DNA of 63,517 nucleotides, counting the filler, from Rhabdomonas costata (taxonomy: Eukaryota), in the NCBI GenBank assembly GCA_019059605.1. It is 56 parts of 56 records of this genome, joined end to end, with 100 filler letters (N's around TTAATTAATTAA, not from the genome) between each part and the next. Parts side by side here need not be neighbours in the genome. Positions count along the whole stretch, not along the records: positions 12,497 to 13,539 come from JAHMHO010032196.1; positions 13,640 to 14,675 come from JAHMHO010032197.1; positions 14,776 to 15,811 come from JAHMHO010032198.1; positions 15,912 to 16,947 come from JAHMHO010032199.1; positions 17,048 to 18,086 come from JAHMHO010032200.1; positions 18,187 to 19,222 come from JAHMHO010032201.1; positions 19,323 to 20,358 come from JAHMHO010032202.1; positions 20,459 to 21,494 come from JAHMHO010032203.1; 48 more parts are not named here. The stretch is one strand, 5' to 3'. The notes beneath the pieces are model-generated. The model did not search any database and had not been told where the DNA came from. It saw only the letters and a program-made list of their open reading frames with translations. This document shows positions 12,546 to 25,309 of the stretch, piece after piece. How positions within the stretch are numbered: position 1 is the first letter of the stretch; each line of letters opens with the position of its first letter. Made by a program: the position numbers and the translations under genes.

Positions 12546-13671
12546 GCAGCCTGCATCTTTCCCTAGTCTTGGGCGTTTCTGTGGCTCGGTGTTGTTGTGG
12601 GTCGGTGGACAGGGTTGGGTGCGGGGGTTTGAACGGGGTGTTGGGGTTTATCCACCTGACAGTGTGTCCAAAGCTTTGCTTGCTCCTCGATGTCTGCCTG
12701 GCTGTTTCCCGTGGCTCTCATGCTCTCTCACTCTGTCACCTATCTATGTTCTAGTTAGAACGGTAAGAAACCGCGCCTGCATTCCTTGCAGGTTGTGCAT
12801 CTGACGAAGTTTGCCCCTTTGTCCCTTACTTGCTGTGGTCTTTTCCCCGCGGAAATACCAGAATAAACTGTGTGTGTGATCCCCACAGGGCAGAAGGGAT
12901 CAGAGTCAGAGAGAAGCAATCGAAATGGCTGCAATGGACTGAGGAGCGAGAAATGGTAAGAGCAAAGAAAACAACGGTGGGAAACCGTGGGGATTTCAAC
13001 CGGCAAGAATGGGCGCAATGGACATGGGAGCATGAGAGAGTAAAGAGAACAGCGGTGGCGGCGACAGCATTGGGAGCAGCAAAGATGCAGCGACAAAGAG
13101 AGGAGTGCAGCAGAAATGGGTGGCAACAAGTGAAGCAGAGGTGGGTCAGATGCCGTGGAAACCACGCGACACCAAGCGGTGAGCTGGACCTGAGAAGGAT
13201 GGGATGGGAAGCGATGACCTGGAATGAGCAGTGGAGACCAGGGAGGGGAGTGACCACGGCGACCACACCACCCAGGTGGGAAGGAGTGCGGCGGAGTGAA
13301 GCACACAGACAGAAGGAGTGCGGGCGATAGCATCCGTGAGTGCCGCACACTGAGGCAGGATCCAGGCTTATGCAAAGGCGTAAGGGGGGACCTGCACGCC
13401 AACTGGGATGTACGAGTGCGGAGGGTTGGGCGCCCGTGAAGAGTACTCCAAACGGCCAGTCAGGGTTCCCAAGCCCCCGGGTGCACCCACGTTCCTACGT
13501 CCCGAGGGGGACACGAACCCTGTGAGGCAGGGGAAAGACNNNNNNNNNNNNNNNNNNNNNNNNNNNNNNNNNNNNNNNNNNNNTTAATTAATTAANNNNN
13601 NNNNNNNNNNNNNNNNNNNNNNNNNNNNNNNNNNNNNNNTCTCTCTCTCGGTCGTGCTCTCGCTGTCTTAG

Positions 13672-14318
13672 AGCTCCGGAGACTCCGTGGTCGAGGCGAA
13701 GGTTTCGGCTTGTGCGCAGAAGGTTTTCGCTTCCCTTCCCCAATCCTGCGGGACCTTTCTCTTGTTGGCAGAATGGAGCTCTGCCTGGACTGGTTCTCGC
13801 CTCGTGTGGTTTGGTAAGTTTCGGGGTTTCACTACACCCTTGTCTAGCACAACGGTCTTGGCTGAACCGCCCGCGAGGAGCAGCGGTGAGCTTCGCATCA
13901 GTCTTCCTTTCCGGCTTTTGTTTTCCGGCTCAGGTTGAGGAGTGTGCAATGGTGGGGCAGAAGCAAAGCCAGGCCGTGGCGGAGGCCGTGCACCGGCTTT
14001 CTGCCGCGGAAGCTGCGCTGGGTGACCTTCAGACTAAGGTAAGGTGGTTTGATCCAATTTTGGCTCGATCTTTTGTGTTCTCAGGGAATATAAGTTCAGT
14101 CAGTTCGCGAGAAAAAAGGCACACTCTATCAGGCGCGCAACATGGTAGAATTCAGAAGGCTTCTGAATTTTACCCGGAGGGAATAGAACCCGGCCTTCTA
14201 CACTGAATCTAATCTTTGCTCCTTTCATCACTGAAAGCACACCTCTCTCCTTTTCTCGCTTGCCGTCATCCCAATGTGCCAACCCTTCAGGTTGACCTCC
14301 TCGGCGCCCGCTGCACAG
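13672..14318 (+). CDS. Three probable exons (13672-13701, 13934-14038, 14291-14318) of a coiled-coil protein
   Basis: Phase-compatible AG/GT boundaries give SSGDSVVEAK|VEECAMVGQKQSQAVAEAVHRLSAAEAALGDLQTK|VDLLGARCT. Confidence 0.5.
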
Positions 14319-16098
14319 GTTTGTCGGTTTTGAAGAAGAGGAAGGACGGCGAGGATGCTTTCGAGACGTTTTCTTTTTGGCGGCTTATTTCTTGCGTCTG
14401 GCCAACACACTGCTGTCATGTACAGTTTTGTGTTTCCCTGAGGACTTCCCTTTTTGTTCTTTTGTTCTCGAAAGAGCAACCACCACAGAAAAAGACGTGA
14501 ATTTTTCCAATTGCTTTAAATGGCAATTGGCGCTTTCGCTCGCACCTGTTGAGGGGGCGGTTCTTTGAGCTCGATTTTGAGCTGGCGTCATCCTCCTTCC
14601 AGAAGTTCAGGTGGGCTTCATTTGTGTGAGACAAAAAGCGTTACCCCTTCGCGCTGACAACCTGCACCAAAAACANNNNNNNNNNNNNNNNNNNNNNNNN
14701 NNNNNNNNNNNNNNNNNNNTTAATTAATTAANNNNNNNNNNNNNNNNNNNNNNNNNNNNNNNNNNNNNNNNNNNNGGGGTGTGGTCATACTATTAGGCCG
14801 GGTAAGGGTTATTAGCAATAAAAACCGAGTGAAAATGTTCATTGATTCAAAACAGAACGCCCCCTCCCCCCAAAGAAAAACGGTCCCGACCTGTAGCGAG
14901 GCGAGCCTGGAGAGGTCCCCAGACGCAGAGACCTTGCCACGCAGGGCGGCCATTCTGTGATCCATCGAGCGGCTCCAGTGCAGGCCAGCGAAGGTCTGCT
15001 CGCTGTCGTAGCTCAATGCCGAGGTGACTGGGGAGGAAGCGCCATTCGGCGAGGGAATGCCGCCGCCGTGCATTGGAAGCACTCCGGGTGGTTCCGAGAG
15101 GAGGTCTAAGAGGACAACCCGGGAAAGCAGTAGCCGGGGGACGAAACCCACCGCTTTGGTCTGGACATGACTTCCAGTGGCTTTTCATACCTTTCCAGCA
15201 GTAGGGATGGCCCCAACGAGGGAACCACCCCAATCCTTGAATACAACACATACACACAACACACACCTTCCACCGACACAGCGCCTGCTCAACTGGGATC
15301 CTTGCAAAATTAGCCCTGTTAGCTCTGTCACTTGCGTTCTACCCTCAGGTGCCTTCGGAAGTGTGGGGGCTCATCAGAGCCTTTATCCTATCCGCTCTAG
15401 TAGAATCCTTCAACCATGCCAGTCTAGCAAGTGGGCACACCAAGGATCCAGCTGGTCTGAGGGGCTCTGATAGCAATCCGGAAGCGCCCAGGGCACCGCA
15501 GGCCTGCCAACGGCAGTCCCACGGCTCGACGCAGCACTTCGGCCACTGGGAGCGGGCAGCCGGGGGTGGACCCACCATTTTCCATTTTCATCACCCTGCA
15601 AAGTGCAGCGGCTCTGAGTAGAAGGAAGGAAGAGGACAGCTGTGTATACTGGCCTCATGGTTCAGATCGACAGCATCAGGCTTCTGTGGCCCACGGACAG
15701 AAATGAAAAAACCTTCACCCCACCCCCACCCTAAAAAAAAATCGATGCGTTCGCGGGGGAAAGCACAGTGCTGTGTGGACCATTGTCGATTAACGCAACA
15801 GACCCCACAACNNNNNNNNNNNNNNNNNNNNNNNNNNNNNNNNNNNNNNNNNNNNTTAATTAATTAANNNNNNNNNNNNNNNNNNNNNNNNNNNNNNNNN
15901 NNNNNNNNNNNGGGTTGTTGGGGAGGGAACCACCGTATGCGAACAAAGCGTGCTCAAAGAGAAAATGCGTGTTAAGGGACGCTTTGGTAATGAAAGAAAA
16001 GCGCCCGCAGCTTCATGAACTAGTACCCGCCCACCTGCTGTTCCATTGATGATATCCCTTAGAACGGCCACACCGGAAAAATGACACCCACCCACCCT

Positions 16099-16409
16099 GA
16101 CGCGGGATGGAGCTATTTTGTGTGGGACGTGGCCAAGCATGGCGGATATAACCAATATTTCCTTCACCAGAAAGCATCAAGCAGCTCAACGAGACGGCCG
16201 CCCAAATGGACCCCAAGGTTTGGAATGTGCTTTAACTTGCGGTTGTGGCCGAGGGCTCCTCACGGCACGGCCCGAAAGGATGCGGGACCAAGGCTGGTCA
16301 GGGGATCCCACCTCAGACTACGAGCTTTATCCATCCACGCCTTGACCCATTGCCACCGATGGAAGTGGACGACGCTGGCCTCCCAAGACCCCACGCCGAG
16401 ACACCAACC
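16099..16409 (+). repeat. Dispersed degenerate coding-like repeat, family A copy 2
   Basis: Homologous to the reverse complement of 6820-7146, with frameshifts and stops. Confidence 0.8.
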
Positions 16410-17488
16410 GCCCAGATCCCATACCCATCCGCTGCAGACCGGCTTCGCCCACAACGCTCCAAGTAGCGGCCGCGCCGCTGCGCATCAATCCGCCAAGGGG
16501 ACCAGTTTTGAGCGCACCCACGCCACATTGCTTACAACACGGCGGCGGCGGGAACCATGTCCGACCCCAAGACCACGCAGCACCTCAGGCCGAAAGGGCA
16601 ACACGAAGCAACCCCATCACACATGCACGCATTCACCATTCCACCTTGCCTGCGGGCAGGCTGGCTTTTCCGTCACACGCCCGCCTACCCAGACATATTC
16701 TGCATTATTTCTGTTTGTGTCGCAGGCCGCCTTTGGCATTGTTTTCGGCAGGGAGCTCCACTTTTAAAGTCTGGTGCTCTCTCTTGGCGTGCTTCTGTTT
16801 TTGTGAACTGTTCTTCGTGCTTCTGTGTACGTAGTACGCCTCTGCAATTGATTCTTTGTATTTCCTAGAGGAATGTTACGTTTGGAAACAAAAATAAGCG
16901 ACCAGAACCGACGTTTTAAATGTAAAGGGAACCAGAGCCACAAAACANNNNNNNNNNNNNNNNNNNNNNNNNNNNNNNNNNNNNNNNNNNNTTAATTAAT
17001 TAANNNNNNNNNNNNNNNNNNNNNNNNNNNNNNNNNNNNNNNNNNNNGTTGTTGGGGCTGCAACGCGTCATTTCGTCAAGGACAGTGTTGATCACAATGC
17101 CTGCGCAGAGGTGCGGTTGGCGGCAGCTACTCACTCAAACTGTGGTTTGAGGGCACGGAGGCCCCAGGCTGATGCCTGAACGGCAATGATAGAGATCTGA
17201 AAGTCTGACAAGGAATGGCAGAACTCACGTGTAGAACGGGAATATCGACAGAGAGGAAGATGAAGAGAAGATGGAACAATACCCCGAAGTGTTTTTGTTG
17301 CAATGCCCCCTCACCCCTACCATTCTTTACCCTCCACGGATGTGGTTTCAAGCAATTCCGCGAGCCGCACGCGTCTTTCGTACCACCTCCAGAAATCAAA
17401 TTCTTTGGCTGATGTTTGGCGTTTGATAGCTGCAAGAGTGGGACGCAGTGCTGTGCATATTTTGTATAAAAAAAGCTGGATAAAATGC

Positions 17489-17576
17489 CTGTAATGGGTT
17501 CCAGCAGCTCCGCCTTCTTCAAGATACTCAGGACGTGTCCCTCCATGGCGACCACCCGATCCAGCTCAGTGGCCCC
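17489..17576 (-). CDS. Probable exon, weakly Tpt1/KptA-like
   Basis: gggcag acceptor, only one open frame GATELDRVVAMEGHVLSILKKAELLEPIT, candidate CAG|GC donor. Confidence 0.35.
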
Positions 17577-18434
17577 CTGCCCACAAGTATACCTGAGCGA
17601 GAAGGAGCGGGGTTATCATGAGGTACAAACCTTGTGGAGCGAGGCCTCCTCCACAAGACACTTCAGGTGGTTTCATTCAGGTGGTCTAATTCAGGTGGTT
17701 TCCTGTTCTTCTCTTCTTCGTCATTCCCCTTCCGAAAGACGACTCCGAACTCCCACAATCGCCGCTGCATTTGAATGGAGGGATGGACGCGCCCGCCCAT
17801 CGCAGTTAAAACCACCGACAGCAACAACACCCGCTCAGACTGATGTGGATAAAGACAAGCGTCACCGCTCACCCCATTGCCGCAGAATCCGACTGCGCCT
17901 GACGGCCTTCACTGTTTCTGTCAGGTGCAGGTTTATTACGCTGAAGAAGTTCCCCTTGTTTTTTTTTTGTCTTCGCGCGTTGCGTCTGTGGAAACTCGAT
18001 TGCAATCATAAACACACACACACACTAGAGATAGCCAACTATTGCAATTTAGAACAAACCGCTTCGCGCCAGCATGACATAAAACANNNNNNNNNNNNNN
18101 NNNNNNNNNNNNNNNNNNNNNNNNNNNNNNTTAATTAATTAANNNNNNNNNNNNNNNNNNNNNNNNNNNNNNNNNNNNNNNNNNNNTTTGTTTGGTAGAA
18201 AAACGGAAGTTAAACGGAAGTTCTGTAGTTGCGGAGGCTTCAGCATTGCGCATTTCGAAGGAGTCGCGTGACGAGCACTGGTGAGGGTTTCGACGGCTTT
18301 CCGGGTTTCTCCGTCCTTCGCACTTCTGCCCCGGAGATGACGTCAGCTGTCCCCGCGAAATGCGCGGAACCTGAGGTGTCATCTTCCCGTCTTTGCGCTC
18401 GTGTTCTATGCGCATTATATGTGCACTGTTGCAG

Positions 18435-19222
18435 TACGGGAGGGTGAAGCAGTCGTACATTGAAGCTATGCTGGCGGAGATCGACAAGGCTCGTAGCGGC
18501 GCGGTGGCTAACTGCGGGGGTGTGAGCGTGGGCGCTACAGTGTGGCCTGCCACCCCGCCTCTTTCCCTTCCCTATTCGTTTCTGTTCCGGTTCTGTGCTG
18601 TTAACTGTGAAGGTAGTCATTCACGTGTCTGTGTGTGTGTGCGTGTGTGTGTCTGCTGGTTTGATGGAGAGGAGGAGCTCCCCGCGCCTGCGAGGATCTT
18701 CGGTAAAATTGTCCATCACCAGACTCAGCTCGCGAGTGGACCTAATTCTTGTGGTGACCATACATCTTCTTTTTCTCTTTTTTGAGAATGTTGGTACTAG
18801 TCCCAACATTCCTCATGCAAAAAGCAGGAATCAGTCAGACCTGACGTGCACCTTCCAGCATCTGGAAAACTTATGACGAGGAAGGGGGGGACCCTGCTTT
18901 GCACCGCATCCGAAGCCCGAGGCGAAAGACCTGGACAATAAACCTGTGTGGTGGGGTACCTAGTACCTTTCCGTCTGACCAGCCGCCATAGCTTTCGCGG
19001 GCGTTGCTGCTTTGCACATGAATTCCTTGGGATCTCAAATAAGTCTTTCTGGGGTGGCTGCATCTTTACGCGCAGTTGCATTTTGAAGCGCTTGCTGTGG
19101 AATTTCAGATGCTGATTGACCTGGGCTTTGGCGAAGCAGACGTCGCAAAGCTGTACCGCGAGGACTTCGAGAAGGCATTCTTGGAGGCCACCCGGGTGTA
19201 CTACCACCGCGCCAGTGCGGAG
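18435..19222 (+). CDS. Cullin, two exons (18435-~18539, 19109-19222), partial
   Basis: MLAEIDKARSG and MLIDLG...LYREDFEKAFLEATRVYYHRAS match the cullin repeat L..I..ER.G / ML..LG / Y..DFE..FL..T..YY; CAG acceptors at 18432 and 19106; the donor position is uncertain. Confidence 0.85.
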
Positions 19223-20879
19223 NNNNNNNNNNNNNNNNNNNNNNNNNNNNNNNNNNNNNNNNNNNNTTAATTAATTAANNNNNNNNNNNNNNNNNNNNNN
19301 NNNNNNNNNNNNNNNNNNNNNNGGGGGTGGGTGGTGGCTCCCTGAGTTAAGTGGTGGGTAGTCCCATTTACACTCGCTCGGTGCCTTCGCTGCTGTTCAT
19401 GTTCTTCCTAGAATTGTTGATTGTTCACACTTGCTACGCCACATCAGTGGCTCTGTGGTTAAAACATGGTCTACAGTGCCTTTCATCACTTCATCACCAG
19501 AATTGTTGTACATTTAGGAAGGATTCAGGTGGTGTTTTCTCTGTGGTCTCATCCACCTTTTTATAGTGTTTTCTACAGTTTCATTTGTCTTCTGTTTAAT
19601 TGATGACAGTCACACAACTGTGGTGCTTGGACCACAGCATCAACTAAATAGTACATGATATACGCAACATAAACGTTTGTCCAAGGAGCAATCGGAACTC
19701 CGCAAGTCTACGTACTGGCGCACCATTTTCGCATGATGGCAACTTAACACAGCCTTTATGGCTTGGATTTGGTTGCAGTACTCGGCGTATGTTTCGCAAA
19801 ACTAATCTTCCATATACGTATCCATTGCAGCGCTTGTCCGGTGAATTTCGCTCTAAAGTCAGCGGAAAGTGCACACACTGCAAGCCCATGCCTTTTTGGT
19901 GGAAGATCACATAAGAAACTGGACTGTATAGATAGCTTTTATATGCACCGCCGTCCGTTTTTCCAATATGCGATGCAGCAAGCTTTTTAATCCGACAACT
20001 AATCCACACGCTTTGTTGCAATAGGTGGAGACAAAGCTGAACATTATTCTAGTTAACGCGCTACATTCCCAATAACGCGCCAGTAAAGGTGCGCCAAGGG
20101 ACGCTCTTTACTTTCTGGCCTAAGGTGGTCGTATTCATCGACAGCTGACTAAATTTGGACACTCCATCCTTGGTTTCGTCACATTGGGACGCAACACGGA
20201 GTCAATGTGCATCAGTGGCCGGCGTAACCATGAGACGAAGTCTAAAGTCCTTATTTTGGCAGGAAGTGTGGAAAAGACATACGGTTGCCAACGTGGACGG
20301 GAGAATGGATTCATTTCTGTCGTCCACGTTGGCAACCGTATGTCTTTTCCACACACCCNNNNNNNNNNNNNNNNNNNNNNNNNNNNNNNNNNNNNNNNNN
20401 NNTTAATTAATTAANNNNNNNNNNNNNNNNNNNNNNNNNNNNNNNNNNNNNNNNNNNNTGTTTTTGGAATCCAACAGCTTGGCCATGAATGAGTCTTCGT
20501 TCGTTTGTTCGTCCGTTCGCGGGCGAATTGGGATTTGGTGGTGGTGATTGTGGTGGTGGGGATATCTCAGGTAATGCGGCAGCGGTCAGTGATGCGGCAG
20601 CTGCACCGGAACTGCCAAATTCTGGAATGCTCTGCCATGGCTGCGCAGGATACATACCTTGTCGGCCCCGAGGTGCGCCTGTCTTGACTGAATATATGAA
20701 TGAAGAGGGTCCAAGTCTCTGTTACGCTTGCTAGCGGTAACATTCTGGCAGAGCTACAGCGAGGATTGTGTAGGTTTTAGCGGTTTCAGTTTGCACTTCC
20801 ACATCTTGCACCGCCCCCCCCCCCTCTGTCAATTTCGCGGTCGTTCTTTTTGTATGCTGGTTTCCAATCTAATTTTCAG

Positions 20880-21065
20880 GAGCACCTACTGGGCACATCG
20901 CTCAATCTGAGCAGGATGGGGTCGATGAGGAGCATCAGGAGCGGCTCGCAGCTGCGGCTTCTCTCCGCAGGGTCGGGGGCCCTTGTCCCTCCCTCCGCAG
21001 CCTTCTCCGAGTCCTCGGGCACCGCGTCATCCCCGGAAGCACGTTACTTTGTGGAGACCGAAAAG
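20880..21065 (+). CDS. Probable internal exon (Ser-rich) of unknown protein
   Basis: ttttcag acceptor, AAG|GTGAGC donor, 186-nt open frame EHLLGTSLNLSRMGSMRSIRS...YFVETEK. Confidence 0.55.
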
Positions 21066-23206
21066 GTGAGCGCGCTGGAGTGGATGTGTCGGGATGTGCA
21101 GGGAGGTGCGCTTAGATTGTTGAAAATCGTTAAAAATTTCCCCGGAAAACGTCTGGAAGAACTGGTGAACCCTACCTCCTGGCTCGTCACCGAGCAACGT
21201 TTCGGGGGTTCAGGCCCTTCAGTTGCCTTCTTGTGGGGCACAACAACACACCCATGTTCGTACATTGTGACGATGCCCATGACCTACTTGTCCTAAACAT
21301 GACAAATGCACCTGCGGTGCCCCTTGTTCTGGTAATGAAATTAATCTGCAGCAGTGACCACCTCTACTATCTGAAAAGACCATGTGATGTCGGTTCCCGA
21401 GTCTGATGTTCTGAAAGAGACTATTCGTTGCACTGACAAGCGACTCCGGTTTCCTTTCCTTTACTTTTTGGCATATTAGTTGAACGTGGGCCCCNNNNNN
21501 NNNNNNNNNNNNNNNNNNNNNNNNNNNNNNNNNNNNNNTTAATTAATTAANNNNNNNNNNNNNNNNNNNNNNNNNNNNNNNNNNNNNNNNNNNNGTTTTT
21601 TTGTGCTTAGGCGCTCCTTCTTGGGCTGTGCTTGCGGTGGAACTCCCCACACCGTGAGGAGCGGTAAGCCGATGGAGCTGGGCATGATTACTTCATCCCA
21701 GAGTGACCTCCTTCCCTCCTACCAAAAACCAGCTTCATACACTTCTCGAATACTTGGAATGCGCCTCCTTTGTCAGTTGACATCCCGAGGGTAGCATGTT
21801 ATCTTTCACGGCCGCTAGCATACGTGCCGTCCGCTGCTCTTCCTCGGCACAATGTTCTCGTGTGCTTCCGTGCATGAATTCTTTCTCTTTCCTGCTCTTT
21901 CTATCGCATTGTATGTCTGTGGTCCGTCCGTCTTTGTGCCTACTTCGATTCTGGGAGGGTCGAGGAGAGCACGGGTGTGAGGGGACCCCACAAAGGGAGT
22001 CATTCCTCGCGGCCCGGCCTTTTTTCTTTTCCCAGAGCTTTCTTCATCTTTTTTGGTCGGCGATATCCCATGAGACGGGCTTCTCGCCTACGTCTATGCG
22101 CTGTTTTTGTTGTGGTGCCCTTGGTCCCGCGCTTGTTTCGCATCCGTGGGGCCAGGGCTCCTGTGCATTTCCATTGCTCATGGCCTTATCCGCGTGCACA
22201 GCAACTGCTCGTTTGCGCACGCAACATCCTCTGCTCCCCCCACTTTCGCCTTTCAGGCATGGCCTGGAGCAGTGGTGAGGAACGGGACAGGGCGACGGTG
22301 GGCTGGTGAGTGGTGTCCCCTGCTAAGTTCTAAAAGGCGCCGCAGCATTCCCGCTGTTTACTAATGTTCCTGATCACTTGCGCTGCAAACGCACACACTT
22401 GCGCAGTTGCCTTGTGTAATCATGTCAAAGCACCTCTTCGTTCATGACTCGTTGATGTACGTTTCTTTAGATCGTTGCAGTGAATGTCTGCCTTTTGTTT
22501 CTCTGTTGCAGGTTAATCGGCAATGCATTTTCTGAAACAAGTGAGAATGGAAGATTTGCAATGCAACCTGCTTGAAACGCTGCTTCCTGGGTGTTTCAGT
22601 GGTAAATATTCTTTGCTAATCACCCCAACANNNNNNNNNNNNNNNNNNNNNNNNNNNNNNNNNNNNNNNNNNNNTTAATTAATTAANNNNNNNNNNNNNN
22701 NNNNNNNNNNNNNNNNNNNNNNNNNNNNNNGTGTTGGGTGCGTTTGGGTGTGGGGTGGGTGTAGTTGATTTCCTTCACTTTTGGAATCAACTTCGGGATT
22801 GCAGCGAGCAGTAATGAAGGATTGCCGACGAAAACAAAGCACAACTTCAACAGGTCGACAACCTGCGACTCAGATTCGGGAAACCTTTGGGAGGCGTCAG
22901 TTTCTGGTCCAGACTCGTGGTTTGTTTCAGGCCCAGTTCGCTTCGCACGCGCCTTTCCTTTTGTGCTTAGTGTGTTCATGTCTCTCCTTTGCCACAATGT
23001 GGCGCGTTTTTCATCTCACTTTTTCACCTCCAGTGCAATGCTGAACCATCGCTGTCAAGGCAAGTCTATGTTCTCCTCTTTTATTCTTCTGCATCCAAAA
23101 CCCAAAAGAAAAGCACTTCGGTCACTCTGATCAGGCCCTGTGCGTTGCATAGATGATCGAATCAGTCCTTGCTTGTGGCCATTCCTTTTTCCTTTTCTTT
23201 TCCAAG

Positions 23207-23303
23207 TTTGCCTTTGCCGGAGCCTCGGCCGAGCCGGATGTGGACCTCTTCGCCTCTTCTCCTCCCATGGCCTCCCAGTCCAGCGGCTCTGGGGGGGCTG
23301 CAG
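23207..23303 (+). CDS. Possible short exon of unknown protein
   Basis: Long pyrimidine tract + AAG, CAG|GTGGGC donor; FAFAGASAEPDVDLFASSPPMASQSSGSGGLQ. Confidence 0.35.
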
Positions 23304-24630
23304 GTGGGCGCCTGTCTCGCTGCTAAGGGAATGCAGATGCCGGTTTTTTATAACCGATTTTTGAGTTGTACGTTTTTAATGCAAAATGATGATGATGAGT
23401 CTCCACATCTCTGTGTGCATGTTGATTTGGTTAAATGGGAAATGTGCAAAACCTGGGGCGATTTTTTTTTTACCGTAATACGAGTTTTTGGGGGGGGGGT
23501 GTAAAAAAATTGTCATGGAATTTCATGATTTTTTTCTTAGTCTTTTCATGGGGCAAGTGTTGCATCCGTCCCAAAACAATAAGGATCAAAAGTGAGCAAC
23601 CGATGCAGTTATCCTTGTTATGCTGATCTTCAAGGAGATCTTCAAGATTTGCCTGCGCCGCAGTGCCGTGACATTATCTCACAAAAATCTTCAATAAAAA
23701 TATCACCGAAAATCACCGAAAATTGAGGTGGTTTGTATGAGTCATTTGCCTTTGGGAGTTACCCACNNNNNNNNNNNNNNNNNNNNNNNNNNNNNNNNNN
23801 NNNNNNNNNNTTAATTAATTAANNNNNNNNNNNNNNNNNNNNNNNNNNNNNNNNNNNNNNNNNNNNGGGGGCTTTTTCCTCAGAATTCTCCCTCGTTTCC
23901 ATCAATTGCGCGTTCAGTCACCGTTAATCTAACGTCCTATGTATCCGGGGATAACCTGACTCCGTATCCCGGATGAAGTTCACATTCCTTTCCTGCAAAA
24001 CAGCGCAACTTTTTGGGATGTGGCTGGGTTCTAATGGGGTAAGGTGGCGATCGGAGCATGTCGAAGTTAGGGTGCGCTTTGCTTCCAGAGTGCGCTTTGC
24101 TTCGGGCAGATTCCTGCTGAGTGGCACCGACCCACCCACCGGACCCAGCCATCATTGCACCCATCCATCATAACCATACACCGGGAAAACCACAAGGCAG
24201 GCCAGGCCCTGCTCCCTGCCACGGATGCCAAGGATATCTTTAACGCCATTCATGCCTTGCTCAAGTGCTTGTCGGTATCCTTGGCCCGTGCCTTGCTGTG
24301 CATTGCTTGAACTTCCCTGACTTCTGCTTTGCGGGAGAAGTGCTCAAAAACTGTTACTGAGTATAATCGACAAAACACAAAAAAAAATCCTGAAACAATA
24401 ATTCTGCATCTTTGTCCCCTCTTTCCTTCGTAGGTCACTGTTGGGGAAAAAACTGCGCACATACAGAAAGCCTATCTGAGAGCATTGACTTTTCGGGGGA
24501 GGGGGGACGACGATAAAGAAACTATTTTATTTACATATTTCGTCTAATTTTCCCCCTTCCCTCCATTTTTTTTTTGCCAACTTTGGCTTTTTATACCGTA
24601 TTTTGCTAATTTCGAGCATTTACGGTCGTT

Positions 24631-24791
24631 TTAGGTCAAAATTAGGTCTTTTTGGGGAGGAGGAGACTTCGCAAGCGAGCAAGATAAGGTCATGGTGCAA
24701 GAAAGACTGGGGTCTAAAAGAGCCCTCATCCAAGGAGTGCCAGAAAGCTTCGAATTTTTTTTTGCCATTTTTTGCAATGGAGAATATCCTT
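24631..24791 (+). repeat. Dispersed non-coding repeat, family C copy 1
   Basis: Shares agacttcgcaagcgagcaag, aaggtcatgg.gcaagaa, caaggagt.ccagaaa and caatggaga.tatcctt in the same order with 58499-58669. Confidence 0.85.
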
Positions 24792-25001
24792 ATAATTAAA
24801 TTGAGGTTTATCAATCATTCTTTCGGTTTCGATTTCGATTTCGATTTCGATTTCCCTTTTTGTTCTCTTCTCAAGTGTGTGCTTGAGTAGAAAACAAAAA
24901 CNNNNNNNNNNNNNNNNNNNNNNNNNNNNNNNNNNNNNNNNNNNNTTAATTAATTAANNNNNNNNNNNNNNNNNNNNNNNNNNNNNNNNNNNNNNNNNNN
25001 N

Positions 25002-25309
25002 GATGAGAGGGGGAGGCGAAGATTGCAAGCAAGGAAGAGTGCAGCGGAAGGCGTGGATTCAAGAGCAGTTAGGAGCAAGATGCGGCAGAAGCGGATGGGA
25101 CCAAGGCGAAACAGATCAAAAAGGTGGGGGCAATGGAGTTTTGCATTGAGCAAAGTTCGAGGGGTTTGATGTGAAGAAGGGGTTTGATTTGGTTGATTTG
25201 GTGGTGTTGCGTGCAAATTGGATACTGTGAAGCGGTGGACAAAGTTTGGAGTTGGGATTCGTTGGTTTACCGTGCCATCGCTCTTATTGAAAGCCAAAGA
25301 GGAAGGAGG
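25002..25309 (+). repeat. Dispersed purine-rich repeat, family B copy 1
   Basis: tgcaagcaaggaaga, ggaaggcgtggattcaagagc, gggatt.gttggttt and aagccaaagaggaaggagg are shared with the reverse complement of 29602-30052. Confidence 0.85.

Noticed and set aside
13430-13539. Possible ingi/L1Tc 77-79 nt signature or HDV-like ribozyme
   Set aside because: Only a few short words resemble it; I could not build the nested pseudoknot.
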